Assembly (NCBI GenBank): GCA_050084515.1
Contig: CM114271.1
Coordinates: forward strand, 2,542,001-2,606,000
From: Blasia pusilla
Lineage: Eukaryota
Direction of reading: 5' to 3'
Length of the DNA: 64,000 bases
Shown: in pieces, positions 1 through 13,238 of the stretch
Position numbering within the stretch: the first letter of the stretch is position 1
Layout of the letters: the number at the start of each line of letters is the position of its first letter
Notes under the pieces: generated by a model
The model's input: the letters and a program-made list of their open reading frames with translations, nothing else
Database searches by the model: none
What the model was told of the DNA's origin: nothing
Made by a program: the position numbers and the translations under genes

Positions 1-216
1 GCATCTCGTGGGACTATATGGAAACTTATACCAGGCACGGAATCTTCCCCTGTAGTATTTAAATAATCTGCCAATCGTGAAATAGAGTGAAAGTTTGGTC
101 ATTCCCGTGTGCTTCCAAGGCAGAACTTCCGTTCAACTGCTCAAACTTCATCTTGATCAAGCGAGAGACAGAAGATGGTAATCCGACAACTAACAAAGTA
201 AAACATGCGTATGCAG

Positions 217-455
217 AGCACAAGTATGAAATTGTGAAACGTTTGCAGGAAAAGAAGCACATTTGTGGAATGACGGGGGATGGAGTTAATGACGCACCTG
301 CGCTAAAAAAGGCTGATATCGGGATTGCAGTAGCAGATGCTACTGATGCTGCCCGAAGTGCTTCGGATATTGTCCTCACAGAGCCGGGTCTGAGTGTGAT
401 CATTAGTGCAGTTCTCACCAGCCGCGCCATTTTTCAGCGGATGAAGAACTATACT
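217..455 (+). CDS. AHA: H+-ATPase exon (EHKYEIV...RMKNYT)
   Basis: tgcag acceptor ending at 216, gtaagt donor at 456; [12 protein letters not shown] motif. Confidence 0.96.
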
Positions 456-2677
456 GTAAGTACTCTGTGCTGCAAAAGTGAAGATCGGGATTACTGTAGG
501 TCTGCTGAGGCGCTAGGTATTTAAAGGCAAGATGTTTGTTTCGTGGTTCGAAGAAGCATTTGACCGTATGTCTAATTTTTGCGATGAACATGTTCGCAGA
601 TATACGCCGTGTCCATTACCATCCGTATAGTTGTAAGTGTAAATCTTCTTCTAGTAGAGTATTTCGTTTTCATGACCTGTTTACGACGATCTTCCTAGCG
701 ATGTATTATTGCTTGTATGTTCCGTTTGAGTTCGTCTTGCGATGAATAGAGAAGCAACTTGTGTGTTGTCGGCTGGGATTGATCTGTGGATTTCTCTGAC
801 CCTTGTGTGTTTACTTCTGTGCAGCTGGGTTTCTTACTTTTGGCTTTAATATGGAAGTTTGACTTCTCACCATTCATGATACTTGTAATTGCCATTCTAA
901 ACGATGGTGAGTGATATCTCTTTACGTATGTTTTGCGTCGTTGGTTTCCAGTTGAGTTGAATAGGTTGTAGCTTCGCGGCATGGAAAATTCATACTCCCG
1001 AACGCAAAGGGAGAAGTATTTGGAGTAGTATTAACTTCGTTTCCTACAAATCAGGTACCATCATGACGATTTCAAAGGACCGTGTGAAGCCTTCACCATT
1101 ACCAGACAGCTGGAAGCTGAAAGAAATTTTTGCCACAGGCATCGTCATGGGCACTTACCTTGCTGTCATGACAGTTGTATTCTTCTGGCTCATTCACAAG
1201 ACAGATTTCTTCCCTGTGAGTAACTGGGAAAGTCAACTGGCACTTATGTCCAAACAAATGTCTATTTCCCAAGCAATTTTCCCCTAGTTCTGTAACAAAA
1301 AATCCGTTTCCCCGAGAGTACCGTAGCTTTTTCTCCAGATAGTACTTGCATCAGCAGACTTGGCATTCTTAACAAATTCCTTGATGATAAACGCAGGAGA
1401 AGTTCGGAGTCCGAAATATCAGGAACAGCAATAGTAGAATGACAGCAGCCGTGTATCTGCAAGTCAGTATTGTGAGTCAGGCTCTCATTTTTGTGACCCG
1501 CTCTCGGAGTTGGTCTTTCGTAGAGAGACCAGGACTGCTACTCCTAGTTGCTTTTGGGATTGCGCAGATGGTACGTCTACTTTGCACCCTTTCGATCAAG
1601 AATATTTTCACTCATCCTCCCTCTACGTCTCAAACCTTGGATTAACCCTTTCAGCTACTATAATAGTTTGAAATGCGGTTATGTGCGTCTACTGAACGAC
1701 GATATGTTGGGTCCAATTTAAATATAGCATCTAAATTTACCCTCGCGGAACACACGGGTAGCTGCTGTGTTTAGCTTGCTGCGTTGTGCCAAATCCTGGA
1801 TTTCGGCCTGCCATCGACACCGTTTGTTTTGTGAATCTGAGCGGTGTATCATCGAGATGTTCGCATCGTTTTGAATGCAGGTTGCAACGTTCATTGCGGT
1901 TTATGCAACTTGGGGCTTTGCCAATATCAGAGGCGTTGGGTGGGGATGGGCTGGAATCATTTGGCTCTACAGCATCATATTCTACCTTCCTTTGGATTTG
2001 ATCAAATTCGCCATCCGGTACACCATTAGTGGGAGGGCGTGGGATCTCGTCTTTGAGCAGAAGGTAATCTTTTTGTTTTGCCCCTAGTGATAAACAAGAT
2101 GAAAGGGTACGTCCTTTGGACGTAGTGTATGTATAATTGTAGTCTCACATGGTTTCTGTATGCGTGGTGTGGTACAGACTGCATTCACAAGGCAAAAAGA
2201 TTTTGGAAAAGAAAAGCGAGAGGCACAGTGGGCACATGCACAGCGCACCATCCACGGCTTACATCCACCCGATTCCCAGATAGGATCACCCAAAATGGGC
2301 GAAGGTTCGGAAAGGTTGGGTGATATGGCGGAGCAGGCGAAGCGCCGTGCTGAAATTGCCAGGTACGCATATTGGAATTTCTATACTCAAATGAAGTGCA
2401 GTTTAGATGAAAAGACGACCAAGAGCCTCGACCATGTCGTGTGATCAGGACAGAATTCTTGCTTCCTGAGGCGGATTCATTTTGTACACTAGACTCAAGT
2501 GATGCCATCCAACGATAAAATGGAAAGCAAGAAATGCAGACATGTCGGACTAACCAACCACCTCATCACTTCTGTTACAGATTGCGAGATATAAACACCC
2601 TCAAAGGGCATGTCGAATCTGTAGTGCGATTAAAGGGTCTGGACATCGATACCATTCAGCAGGCATACACTGTTTAA
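217..2677 (+). CDS. AHA: Plasma-membrane H+-ATPase (P3A-type), 3' part; spliced CDS join(217-455,600-632,825-906,1055-1215,1397-1570,1881-2063,2178-2362,2581-2677); 5' exons lie upstream of the window
   Basis: Hinge motif [21 protein letters not shown], then [42 protein letters not shown] and C-terminus [25 protein letters not shown]. All introns are GT-AG and the frame is maintained across junctions. Confidence 0.98.
600..632 (+). CDS. AHA: H+-ATPase 33-nt exon ([11 protein letters not shown])
   Basis: cgcag acceptor, gtaagt donor; conserved transmembrane peptide. Confidence 0.95.
825..906 (+). CDS. AHA: H+-ATPase exon ([27 protein letters not shown])
   Basis: tgcag acceptor, gtgagt donor; contains the ND proton-acceptor motif. 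Confidence 0.95.
1055..1215 (+). CDS. AHA: H+-ATPase exon ([11 protein letters not shown]...TDFFP)
   Basis: tcag acceptor, gtgagt donor. Confidence 0.95.
1397..1570 (+). CDS. AHA: H+-ATPase exon (EKFGVR...FGIAQM)
   Basis: cgcag acceptor, gtacgt donor. Confidence 0.95.
1881..2063 (+). CDS. AHA: H+-ATPase exon (VATFIAVYA...VFEQK)
   Basis: tgcag acceptor, gtaatc donor. Confidence 0.95.
2178..2362 (+). CDS. AHA: H+-ATPase exon, regulatory domain ([10 protein letters not shown]...RRAEIAR)
   Basis: tacag acceptor, gtacgc donor; AQRTIHGL motif. Confidence 0.95.
2581..2677 (+). CDS. AHA: H+-ATPase last exon ([15 protein letters not shown]...QQAYTV*)
   Basis: tacag acceptor ending at 2580, TAA at 2675-2677; YTV 14-3-3-binding terminus. 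Confidence 0.96.
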
Positions 2678-4171
2678 ATATCCGACCAGTTTTGACTGCG
2701 GCGAGCCCTCGTATGAAGCGGAAAACTATCTAGAGTGAAATGGCGCCTGGCGTTTTCTGAAGTTACTGTTTAGATTTAAGTGAAATCCTCGGTGAATGGG
2801 GAGAATCTGGCAGTACTTGCAGGAGTTTCCAATCGTCTTCAAATGCTGGCGGAGTGGGACGACTGAAATTCGGATCTCCTACGAATCGAAGGGAGAGATA
2901 GACAGATACGGATTTTGCTGAACTGTTAAATACTCTCGTAAATTTAGATCAGCTGCTCATCCTAGCAAAGTTCTGCTGCAGTGTTGGAACCTGGTTTAGA
3001 AAAAAGGACCGACTTCCGCTCGAGTGAAGTTGATGGAAAGAACCACGTCCAACAGTCTGGAGATTGTAATGACGGAGGACAGTTCCTCGTCATCTTTAGA
3101 TATTATTGTAAAAATTGTGGCTTAAAATAAATTAACGAATTTAAAATTTTGAAGTGTACACGTCGAATTTGGAAGTTCTTTTACAATTTGTAAACCTGGG
3201 TTTGTTCTGCCCTTATTCTCTCCCTTGCAGTTGTTTTCAATGAATTCCATTTATCCTTCGAACTAATCTTGATGTCCCCCAGTAGCTTTGTAAGCTTTAA
3301 CGGAGAAGCTAACAGCCAAAATATGTGTGTTTTCCATTAGGATGGTAAATTGTGGCACACGACGGAGGTTTTCTCTTTGTTAACCTCTGAAGGGTTAATC
3401 CCTGTGTCCCTTTGCCTACACAGTAATCAAGCACACGGCAAAGGTGAAGCCCTGTAGGCTAACCGGGAAACGTGGGAGTAATAACGATATAACTCTGTTG
3501 TGAGTAGAAGAATGTATCATACAAGCTACAAACCCGCCAGCGATGCACTAAAATACGGTAAGTCCTGCACCTCGATCCACTTCTATTCCGGATGATCTAT
3601 TGTTTATATTGACTTCACACATCTAGAGCCGATCATACGACTCAATTCAGTACACACCTCTCGGAAAAAAAATGTTTCCCTTCCAATTGGGATTTTTTTT
3701 ATGACTGTTCTTCCTTTGTACTTCACGAGCAGGTGACTCCCGTGTGTTGTTCTTGATTTGTAATCACGAATTCGGAGAGAATGTAGTGTCTGCTCTTCGT
3801 CTTAATCGAATTGGCATGCAGCAACTCACCCGCCCGCGAAGTGGACATTACTTCCAGTGACCACAGCTAATACTTGCGATGCGAGCACCCAAGAGACCTC
3901 CTTGAGAACCCTCCTTCAATTTATTTCTGGACGGTTCGATCTCATTCGACCCATAAAGATTACCCCATTGTGTTTTCGTCTGATGTGGTTCTAAGAGCAC
4001 GGCCGTGTACCTTCAATCTATTTCTGGTTACTTCGGTCTCCTTTCTCTTTTCATTCGCCCTACGCTTAAAATTTTACTCAATTGTGTTGTAAGCTGAAGC
4101 AGATGATGATATGATAATTCTGAAATCATCTCCTCAACTGTCCTCACAAATTAGAGTTTTCTTCACTGTTT

Positions 4172-4252
4172 CTGCAGCGTTGGGCTCTTCTACGAACTGC
4201 TCGTGAGGAGGGTCTTCCTCACGAGCAGTTCATAGAAGAGCCAACACTGCAG
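4172..4252. repeat. Near-perfect ~37-bp inverted repeat (hairpin)
   Basis: ctgcagcgttgggctcttctacgaactgctcgtgagga pairs with tcctcacgagcagttcatagaagagccaacactgcag; short loop. Confidence 0.9.
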
Positions 4253-7200
4253 CTCTCTAATGTTTTAAACTGTTGATCTTATAGAGCCTGTCAGAAAACA
4301 AAGAACCCCTTCTCAAAAGCAGTTCATGAAAGAGTAGAAACTGCTCTAACAAGAAATTGACGTTGAATTTACGACAGGATAGTACATTCTGGCAGCTCAC
4401 AATTACTTGATAATCTGCCTTCAGTCGAGATTAGAAGGCTTGTGGAAGGGGCCCTTTCGCTATCTCCATACTAGTTTGCGCTACTGTATTTCTGTCAGTC
4501 CGTCAGTCTTGCAGACGAGGATCCATTGTAGCATATGCTTGGTTCTCTCCAGTCGTTGTAAGTTACTGATCGATGGTAGCTGCTTTGAAGTTTAGACTTT
4601 TTCTCGGTCATTTATTTTATTCTGCCTGGTTGGAAAGGGTCTTGACTTCTGTGGGGCGTTTTGCTCCAAACCACTGTACAGTTGCTGCTGAAGAATGGTC
4701 ACCTCAGCAGTACTGGAACCATTCCATTAATGACGAACAGTTCGAATCTCCCCATTTCAGAGCAGACTGAAAGAGGATGTTCATTTCTTGGAGCTGCAAT
4801 CTACTTCCGTGGGAAAGCAAATCGAAAAGGTGAGAGTTTCCATGTCCCATTAGTCATGAACTCAAAAGCTTGGTAAGCAGATTCTTGGGTCGCTTACGTA
4901 TACTGATACTTACATTTTCCTCCTGCCAATCGAAAGTGAGAAGAGAGTGACATGCATTGACGCCACTCAACTTGAAACTGGCTATTGCATGTTCTGCACG
5001 TTGACCGGACGAAACATGAGGGTATATAATCAATACGGCATGGACTGCCTGTCCTATATTCATCCATAGGGTCCATACTAGACTCAGTAATCTGAAATTA
5101 AATCAAGAACATGATATTTTTTGCACTGGTCAGTTTGTCTTTAAGTTGATATTGTATTGTTTGACATGTTTGTTCTCCTGCTCTATCTAGTTCATGGAAA
5201 GCTCTCTAAAAATGTCGTGCAAACTCCATTCTCCATTAGCAAACTGTAGAAATCTATTCTCCTGTAGCAAACTGTAGAAATCGAGCCAAACCCTCCAAAT
5301 CCAGAGATGTGTGGTCGCTCTGACTCTGTCTTCATCGCCTGCACATCCCAAAGATATTCAGCTCAATAAGTCACACATCGGCACTGAGTAATGCACCGTT
5401 ACGTTGGTGCGCACCAACACAACTGGAGTGCGATCATAAGCAGTAATTAATCACAAGACTTATAGTCTACCTGAGACTATATTTTGAACCTGAGAAAGTG
5501 GTGGAACTCTGATCTACTACTTTGGACCTCCCAAGACATGGAAGCACTCAGAACGTCTATATCTTAAGTGGCCATTGATAGCAAGAAGATGGTGTGGGGT
5601 AACTGGCCAAGTGTGGCAGTTGAACTATGAGCCTTAGTGATCTAGATCATTAGAGAGTGAGCGGTGGAGGTCTACGAAAGGGAGTAGTTCCTTTGTCTTA
5701 AACGTCTTCCATTGATGAGTTCACCTGTTCAGGGCTTGCAAAACAATGGAAAGCTTTGCATTGTAGTCATCATTTAATGTCTAACCAGGAGACTTTCCTG
5801 AGCTCCTTCGAATTAATGCAGAGCAAATCTTGTGCTAGGAAATCTACTCTGTAGAAATGCTATGGAGCTTATGATGCTCTAAAAAAATTGGCCACTTTAC
5901 CAAGACCCACCTGAAGGGGTTCAAAATTAGTTTTACTGGTGGGGTCCTTGTAAATATCGTCATGAAGCTACATACATACTTTTGGAGAATTCCATTATGA
6001 GTGCAAATTCCAGAAAATTGTATCTAGTAGTATCCTACTTCCTTTTAAAAAAACAAAAAAAAAGATGTTATTTTTCTTGTTTTTTTCCCGACTTCATTTA
6101 TGAGTGGAAAGTTTTTGTTGTTTGTCCCTAAAATAAAGAAAGGCTCATAAACTTTTAAAAAAAACACTCAAAAAGGCAATGAATTTCAAGGAGGAGTCTG
6201 GTCAGATAGAGGGAGTAGGAAAAAGAAGATCTTCTAAAACCTAATTTCACCCACAGTGAAATTAGGTATTATCGAAATTATGTGATTATGGGAACCTCGT
6301 TACAAGGTCTATGCATGCGATGATCATGTTGAATGAGAGGAAGCATCCATATTCTTGTTTATTATCGATAAACTCTTCATATTTACTTTGATCTTAAGAT
6401 TCTCTCTTTTCACTCCAAACTTTCCATCTCCCTTCCATTTCTAGTGTTATTCTTCAAAATTGATAATAACTCAAAATATCTTCAGAAATAGTCTTTGTCT
6501 CTTTCACCATTGGTAAACTAGGAATGAAGACTACTTGTTAACTTCTCAAAAGATGAGAGTTATGAAAATATTCCCACCTAAATATTACTAGAGAGAAAAC
6601 AGTACGCAATTAAACTTGGTCTTACCAACATATTTCCAGGATTACAAAAGCTTGTTCAATCCCTAGGAGGCTAAAAATAAGAGCTATGCTTGAATGGGTA
6701 TGCGATGGATATAGATGCATGCATGGACACAATCAAAAGCTTATAGTATGAAGTTGAAAAAAAAAAGTGCGACTTTATAAAACTAAATTGAACTAAATAC
6801 ATATTCTTGAATTCAAAACAAGTGTTAAAAATAGTGAAATGAAAAACTTATGTCAAACATAATTATCTATATTATTATCAGAGGATGAGGTTAGAAAATC
6901 CCTCCTCCTCCTATCGACACATGTCCTATGGGGGCTTTCTTGCTGATGACACATAGCAACACGGGAATTACATATAATCAATGAATGAAGGGGGTGGAGA
7001 CTTTAGATGGACATACGGAGGTGCGTATCGTTCCTCCATACTCTCTTTTTTTCCCCCAAGTTTCATGTATAAACCCTCTAGTATATTTAACATCAAAAAC
7101 TTATTTTTGTAAACCTTCCACCATGCACTTACCACTTTTTCTTTTCAACTCAATACTATAAGCTTCTAAAGATATGCACACATCTATTTTCATCACATAT

Positions 7201-8043
7201 CCATCCACAAACAGTCCTTATTCTTGGCCTTTTATGAGTGCAATAAAATCAGAATCCTCAAGATTTATTGGTTAAATGCGCTTTAATTGTGTGTGCATTT
7301 TATCTACTAATAATTAAGATGGAAATACCTTCCCACTCCTAGCTTTATTGAAAAGTTACGAGAATCCAAAGAAACGTTTCTATAAGCTAACAAAGTTGCA
7401 CATTAGGAATTTCATAGTCTTTAATGTCACGACTTATAATAAATTTTGTAGGTTGAGTTTTCTCTTAAAGGTATTTTTTCCCCTCTTTTTAAATTGATTG
7501 GAATTAATAAATTTCTTATGGAAGAAGTTTCCACCTATTCCATCTTATCCAAATATTACCTATTTTCTCTTCCAAAAGCTTTTTGTATTTTCCTACCTTA
7601 TGATGATACATTGATATATATATATATATATTGCAAATTTTTATTCCATTTCATGCAAATATTCCTCTACATACATAAGTTTTATTTGCTCACTTCTGAA
7701 ATAGATGGATATGCATATGATACACATTATCATTCCTTCTTTATATATTCCATATTTTATTAAAAAGGGAAAGGAAAAGCTTAATACTAATGTGCATCAT
7801 AAACCATCTATGTCAAAGAATCATGATATCCTTTAATATCCAAGTTCAAATTCCTACTGTAGGCTTCTCTTTATATAAGGCATCCTCGTATGTATTATTA
7901 GAGCAAGCTAGGAGATGAATGTTGGGCATCCAACATTACACTATTCTTTGCTTGCTTCTCTAAGAATTTTCAATTTCTCAACTCCTTGTTTTATGGAAGG
8001 AAAATTATTAAAAATGTTATTGAAAGCATGTATATAAGTAATA

Positions 8044-8253
8044 CTAGAGTGTTTCCAGTGGTGATCTTCAAATTTGAAAAGAATTCTAGTTAAGGTCTCC
8101 GATCCTCCTTTCCCTTCCTCATTTAATTTAATTGTCTCCTCTTAACTTAACTCCCTTTCTTAAAATGACACGTGTCAATACCAGAAGAATCCTTAAAAAT
8201 GTCAACACCAGAGGAGGGTTTCTTCTAACCCTATCCTCCTTTAATTATATAGA
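8044..8253 (-). mobile_element. Short non-autonomous Helitron-like element
   Basis: Minus strand begins a|tctatataattaaaggaggatagggttagaag, matching the 5' end of 34405-34583; CTAG at 8044-8047 but hairpin decayed. Confidence 0.45.
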
Positions 8254-9074
8254 TTCTTGCAACTAGTTTCCATTTTGATAGTTTCAAACAAAAAGAAGTT
8301 TTTTTCCCCGTTCTTCTTACCTGTAGCCCTTTATTAAAGATGGAAATTTTGGTAGGAGGTTTTTAGGACAAATGTTCTTCTCCCTCAATATTCTAAGTGG
8401 AATCATCTTAATTAAAGAAGAATCTCTCTTGATATAGGAGACTTTCTCATGGATAATGCAATATGTAATATCCCAGAACAAAAGAAATTGGAGATTTGTT
8501 CTAATCTCCACATCATACCAATTATGAAACATTAGAAATATTTTATTAGTTCTTACTAAGGTTGTAGAGGTAGGAAAATATTCAAAATTATTTAAGTGTA
8601 ACAAAGCCTACACGTCTTATAATCCATGGGAATGCATACCACAAATTGCAAAGTATGAGTTTATCTTGAATAAAAAAATAAGTAGTAGAAAAGTAAGATC
8701 ACCCATTGGTAAAAATGGAAGCAATATTAGAAGAAAAAAAATCATGGATTTCTATGCAGTAAAATAAGAGAATAAATGTTCCAAATAAACTCAAAATCCT
8801 ACCAAAAGTATTAAATATATTTTTTATCAGGTTTAATTAAAATTTCAAATGAAGTCCTTCATTTCTTGCTCACGGGTTGAACTCCATCAACTACGAAGCT
8901 TTTCAAAGCCAACAAAATGGAAGGTATCAAACTCAAAATCTCAGTACCTTCGGATATGGAAGTCATAACCATAAAGAAAAATACAAAATCTAGAAGAACA
9001 TTGGAGAAAAAGAGAATTGATTGAGAATATGAAAGTTTGACCGAAGTGACTTATATAGAAGTTATGATCCTCAA

Positions 9075-9396
9075 CAAGGTTGTATATGGAAAAACTTCGT
9101 ATTCGTCGACATGTCCATGGACTTACGTCTGTTTTCTAGAAGGACTTATCCATGTAGGCTCCATCTTCTCCTTCTTTCTCACCCCCCACTTGCCTTTGTG
9201 ATTTGCACTTTCTCACTTCTTCCTCCTCCCACCTCCACTCGGTCCCCCTTTATTGCCCCGCCCGCCCTTGTCTTGCCTTCCACCATGAACTATTAGTGTG
9301 GAGCTCACTTTTTGCAATCTATGTTTGTGGACATGTCTAAACTTGTCCGTCCATGTCTGTCCCAAGGACGGACTTATCCATTTTTGTACAACCATG
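9075..9396 (+). mobile_element. hAT-type MITE, copy 1
   Basis: TIRs caaggttgta...tacaaccatg; 8-bp flanks atcctcaa/gtcttcaa (6/8); homologous to copies at 29.8, 35.6 and 39.3 kb. Confidence 0.85.
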
Positions 9397-10689
9397 GTCT
9401 TCAAAATCCCAAAAGTTTATCATATGAAGATCCCAAAAAATTATCGTCTAAAGCTTAGATCATCCATCATTGAACAAAATATGGAACTCATAGGAGCATT
9501 TATAAAATAGTAATGATTGCTTATACCAAGTCATACAAATACTTGATCTCTAAGAGGATCCTACGATTATAAATCAACTTATTGATAGTTGACTACCCTA
9601 TCCTTTATCATTGCTGGTAATCATATTTTCATATGTTCTAAGAGAATATTCTTGAAAATGATTTCATTTTTCTCTTGAAATAAATTCATTTTCTTATATT
9701 CCAAATATCTCTACCTTTAGAGATCTTTATACTTTGAAACAATAGAAGTTTTATATTATACAATTGTTATTTCACAGGGAAGCCAAATAACCAATACTAT
9801 CTCAACAAATCCTTTAATCCTTAAGATAGATTTTGGCTCCTTACCTTCATCTTTAAATTAGCGTGCACTCTCCAAAAATTATAGCTCAAAGTTCTATAAC
9901 GGCTAGCAATAAATCTTCCATCTCTTATTTTCCTCCCATTTCAAGATTTCTTTCAAAAAACTATTAAGAGGGAATCAATTTTTTTCCCCTCAAGAGATTA
10001 TAAATTTACCTCTTAGAATTCATTAATATCCAACTTCCTTGATTATCTTTAAAATTTACAATTTTAAGGTTGGTTCTCTATAAAATCCAAATTGTATGAG
10101 GGGATTTAATTCAAAAGATATAATTCCAAGAGGATTTTAGTTTTAGATGCGTCTATGTAGATCATGTCTCAAGATATACAAACACTAGAGCCTAGGCCAA
10201 CATAAAGGGGGGGGGGGGTTTAATTGGTAAGAAAATATTATGGATATAAAAGGAATAAATGCCATAGAATGCGTCAAGGTCAAGAAGAGAAATACAACCA
10301 TCAACTATATAAAAAAGCAACCAATTTTGTTACAAAATTGATGAAAAACTGCTTGAAAATTTTGTAATACAAAATTTCAAGCATGGATTATTTTCTTATT
10401 ACAAATTTTTGTGAAGTTATAACTTACTTACATATCACTTGTAGTAAAAAGAAATCATAGAATCTTAAATTGGCTTTAATAACGTGATCTATTTAAAGTG
10501 CCTTATTGATGATTTGAATCATTTGAAATGAAGAAAAATATACATCACATATAGAAGATTAAAGCTCTCATTAAAATAGATCTCTTGCTAGTAGCTCAAA
10601 AAAGAAAGAGACTTATTGATGATGAATATGAAATTTAATAGGCAAGAAATCCAAGGGTCAAGTAGTTATGATTATTATGATTCAAAGGT

Positions 10690-11300
10690 CGATTTAGGAG
10701 GAAATGGAAGTCAAAAAGATGTTTGGATTTGTCAAAGATCTCTTGAATAAGGAAGATGGTGATCTCTTGGTTAGTTTAAACTTGGTATATTCAAAAAGTT
10801 TATGGATGTGAAGATGAAATCCCTCCCCCTCAAGTCCCAACTTTACCCTTTATCGAGAAAGAGAGTTAGCTTAGATAACATGGTAGTCCATCTAGTTTGA
10901 ATTTTTTTGCATGATCTCACTTCAACTCATTTAGACAGTAGAAAACCTCATGCCCCATTAGCACGCGGAAGTAGTCGTTGGTCCTAATCAAGGATGAATT
11001 CACCACATAGGAAGCTCTTGTGTGAGAAAACATTGAAGCATCCCACTTGAAATCTATTATTGAGAATAGATAATATGATCTTTCTTTCTACTATCATAAC
11101 AATATTATGGGATATTTTTGTGACAATAGTAATGAATCTTATAAAATCTTACGAAGAGCGAATGAGCTTCTTAGGATTTCCACATTGGGGATCCCTCAAA
11201 AAATTCCATAAAACATGAGAATGGGTTAAATATCATAATTCTCATACTAGTCATATAGTAGGAGAACTATAATGGTTTTGTACTCTCATGTGCTGAATTT
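10690..11300 (+). mobile_element. Possible highly decayed LINE reverse-transcriptase fragment
   Basis: Only faint motif remnants (GPNQ-like and KAYD-like) in the expected order, with many stops. Confidence 0.25.
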
Positions 11301-13099
11301 TCTCCATTCCTAAGTTCCATAAAAGCTTGCTAAGAGCACATAGAAAAAAATAGGTTATTTTGCATGCCTAAGATTTCTTATAGTAAGAATGATTCTTTCG
11401 CAAATTTTTTTCTCACATGTAGTTAGCTTAATGCATGGTATGGTAGGTACTATGGGCTTCACAAGTGGAATAGAAAAAGTAGGGATTTAAAAAATACCAA
11501 ACTGCTTCTTTTAGCTTGGATAAAAACGAGGCATGTTAAAAACATGAAGGGAAACAATTAATTTATTGTTAAAGAATCTAAGTGGATTAAGAAAATATTT
11601 CTAAAAATGGAAAATACTTGAAAATTTATCCAACCCAAGAATCCAAGATCCCACCTCCAAATCAAATAAGGATTTATTTTTTGTTTCATAAAACCATCTC
11701 CAAATAGACCTGTAAGGATGGAAAACTAGGGATTAATATGATTTTTTCATCCGAAGATATGCATATAAAATGTTGGGGGATAAAATCCAATTTTTTCCAT
11801 CCTCCTAAAAAAAGGTGGATTAATGGAGAAATTATGTCATGCTTTTGCTCAATTGATCAAATTGGTCGATAATTTAACCATATTTAATAGGTAATAGTGA
11901 TGAAATTACTTCTCACAAGTTATTACAAAATTTTATTTTTTTTGGGTTACATATTGTGAATCTTAATGCGTCACACAAATAACCACTTCAATTTTATCTC
12001 CATACACTTTTGTACTAGTAAGGAAGTCTACGTGATGCACTAGCATCTCATTCCAATACAACACTTGCTTTACAACACTTAATTAAGTTTTATCTTCATA
12101 TATTTGCATACCAGTAAGGATGCCTATGCGATTCTATAGCATCCCATTAACACCTATTCGATTTTTATCATTATTTGCTCCTCTCCATTCTTGGAAAAAT
12201 ATGTGTATTTTCCATTCCAAAAAATTTACTATCATTTAAAATATGTCAACCCTCTAAAAGGAAAGAGACACCTCATCATTCCATCAATGCACAACCACAT
12301 GCAACTCACTGACTTTCACCTGATTCTCCCTCTATCCCATTTGTCGTCTTTTAAAAAAGCTTCACCTCATTTAGAAAAGACTTTCTTCTCATAGTAATCC
12401 CTCCTTTCCCAAATACTCATATGAGGGAGGTGTGATGAACTAGGAGGGAGTATCTCAAGGAGGTAGGGAATTTTTCAATAAATAATATTTTAAATAATGA
12501 TCTCTTTTTGTCTCTTTAGATTGGAAATCTATGGTTCCCCAAGAAGGAGATTTTGTGGTTCTTCTCTCAATTTCCATATCATACTTTTAAAGAATTTATC
12601 CCTTAAAATTTATTTTACTAGTATTTAAACATCTAAGTATGGTCATGACTATGATGTTTGTAACCAATAGGACCTTCAGGCACATATTTGTATAGTTAGG
12701 TTTATACATAGAAAGTTGCTATTTACACAATAGGAGGATTTGAGATAATTCTTCTAAATACGAAGGAGTTGAATTTGCGATAATCTTGAAACCATTCAAA
12801 TTTTTCCTTAAATTTTGAAATATTATAATCTTTTCATGCGTATTATTTTGCTATTTTCCAAGCGAAACTATGTTGCAAAATAATCTACATCATTAAAGGA
12901 CGATAGTTTCTTCATTTGCAAACACCTCTTTAATTGACACATGACAATGGAGCCACAAGAAAATGTTTCGGTAGCACATCAACATGAAACTTTTTTGGTT
13001 TGAATTTTTGGACGACATGATTATCGATCGTATGCACATCACAAACTGCTCACTAGTGTTTGATAATGCCAACTTCCAATCCACCAAGTACTTCTCGAA

Positions 13100-13238
13100 C
13101 TTGTATGGGTTTAAACCCATACTCTTAAGGATCCCTTTAAAGACTCTTGTATGGGTTTAATTAAACCCATACTCTTAGGGATACCCTTAAAGACTCTTGT
13201 GTGGGTTTAATTAAACCCAAACTCTTAAGGATCCCTTT
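13100..13238. repeat. ~3 x 46-50 bp tandem repeat built from palindromes
   Basis: Unit cttgtatgggtttaa(ttaa)acccatactcttaaggatccctttaaagact; gtatgggtttaattaaacccatac is a perfect 24-bp palindrome. Confidence 0.9.

Noticed and set aside
59..430. Minus-strand 123-aa ORF
   Set aside because: Antisense shadow of the ATPase exon.
4935..4955. agaagagagtga resembling the miR156/529 core
   Set aside because: Only 12 nt match and there is no complementary star arm nearby.
13100..13238. CRISPR-like palindromic repeat array
   Set aside because: The intervening sequences are also repeated (no unique spacers), the context is eukaryotic and there are no cas genes.
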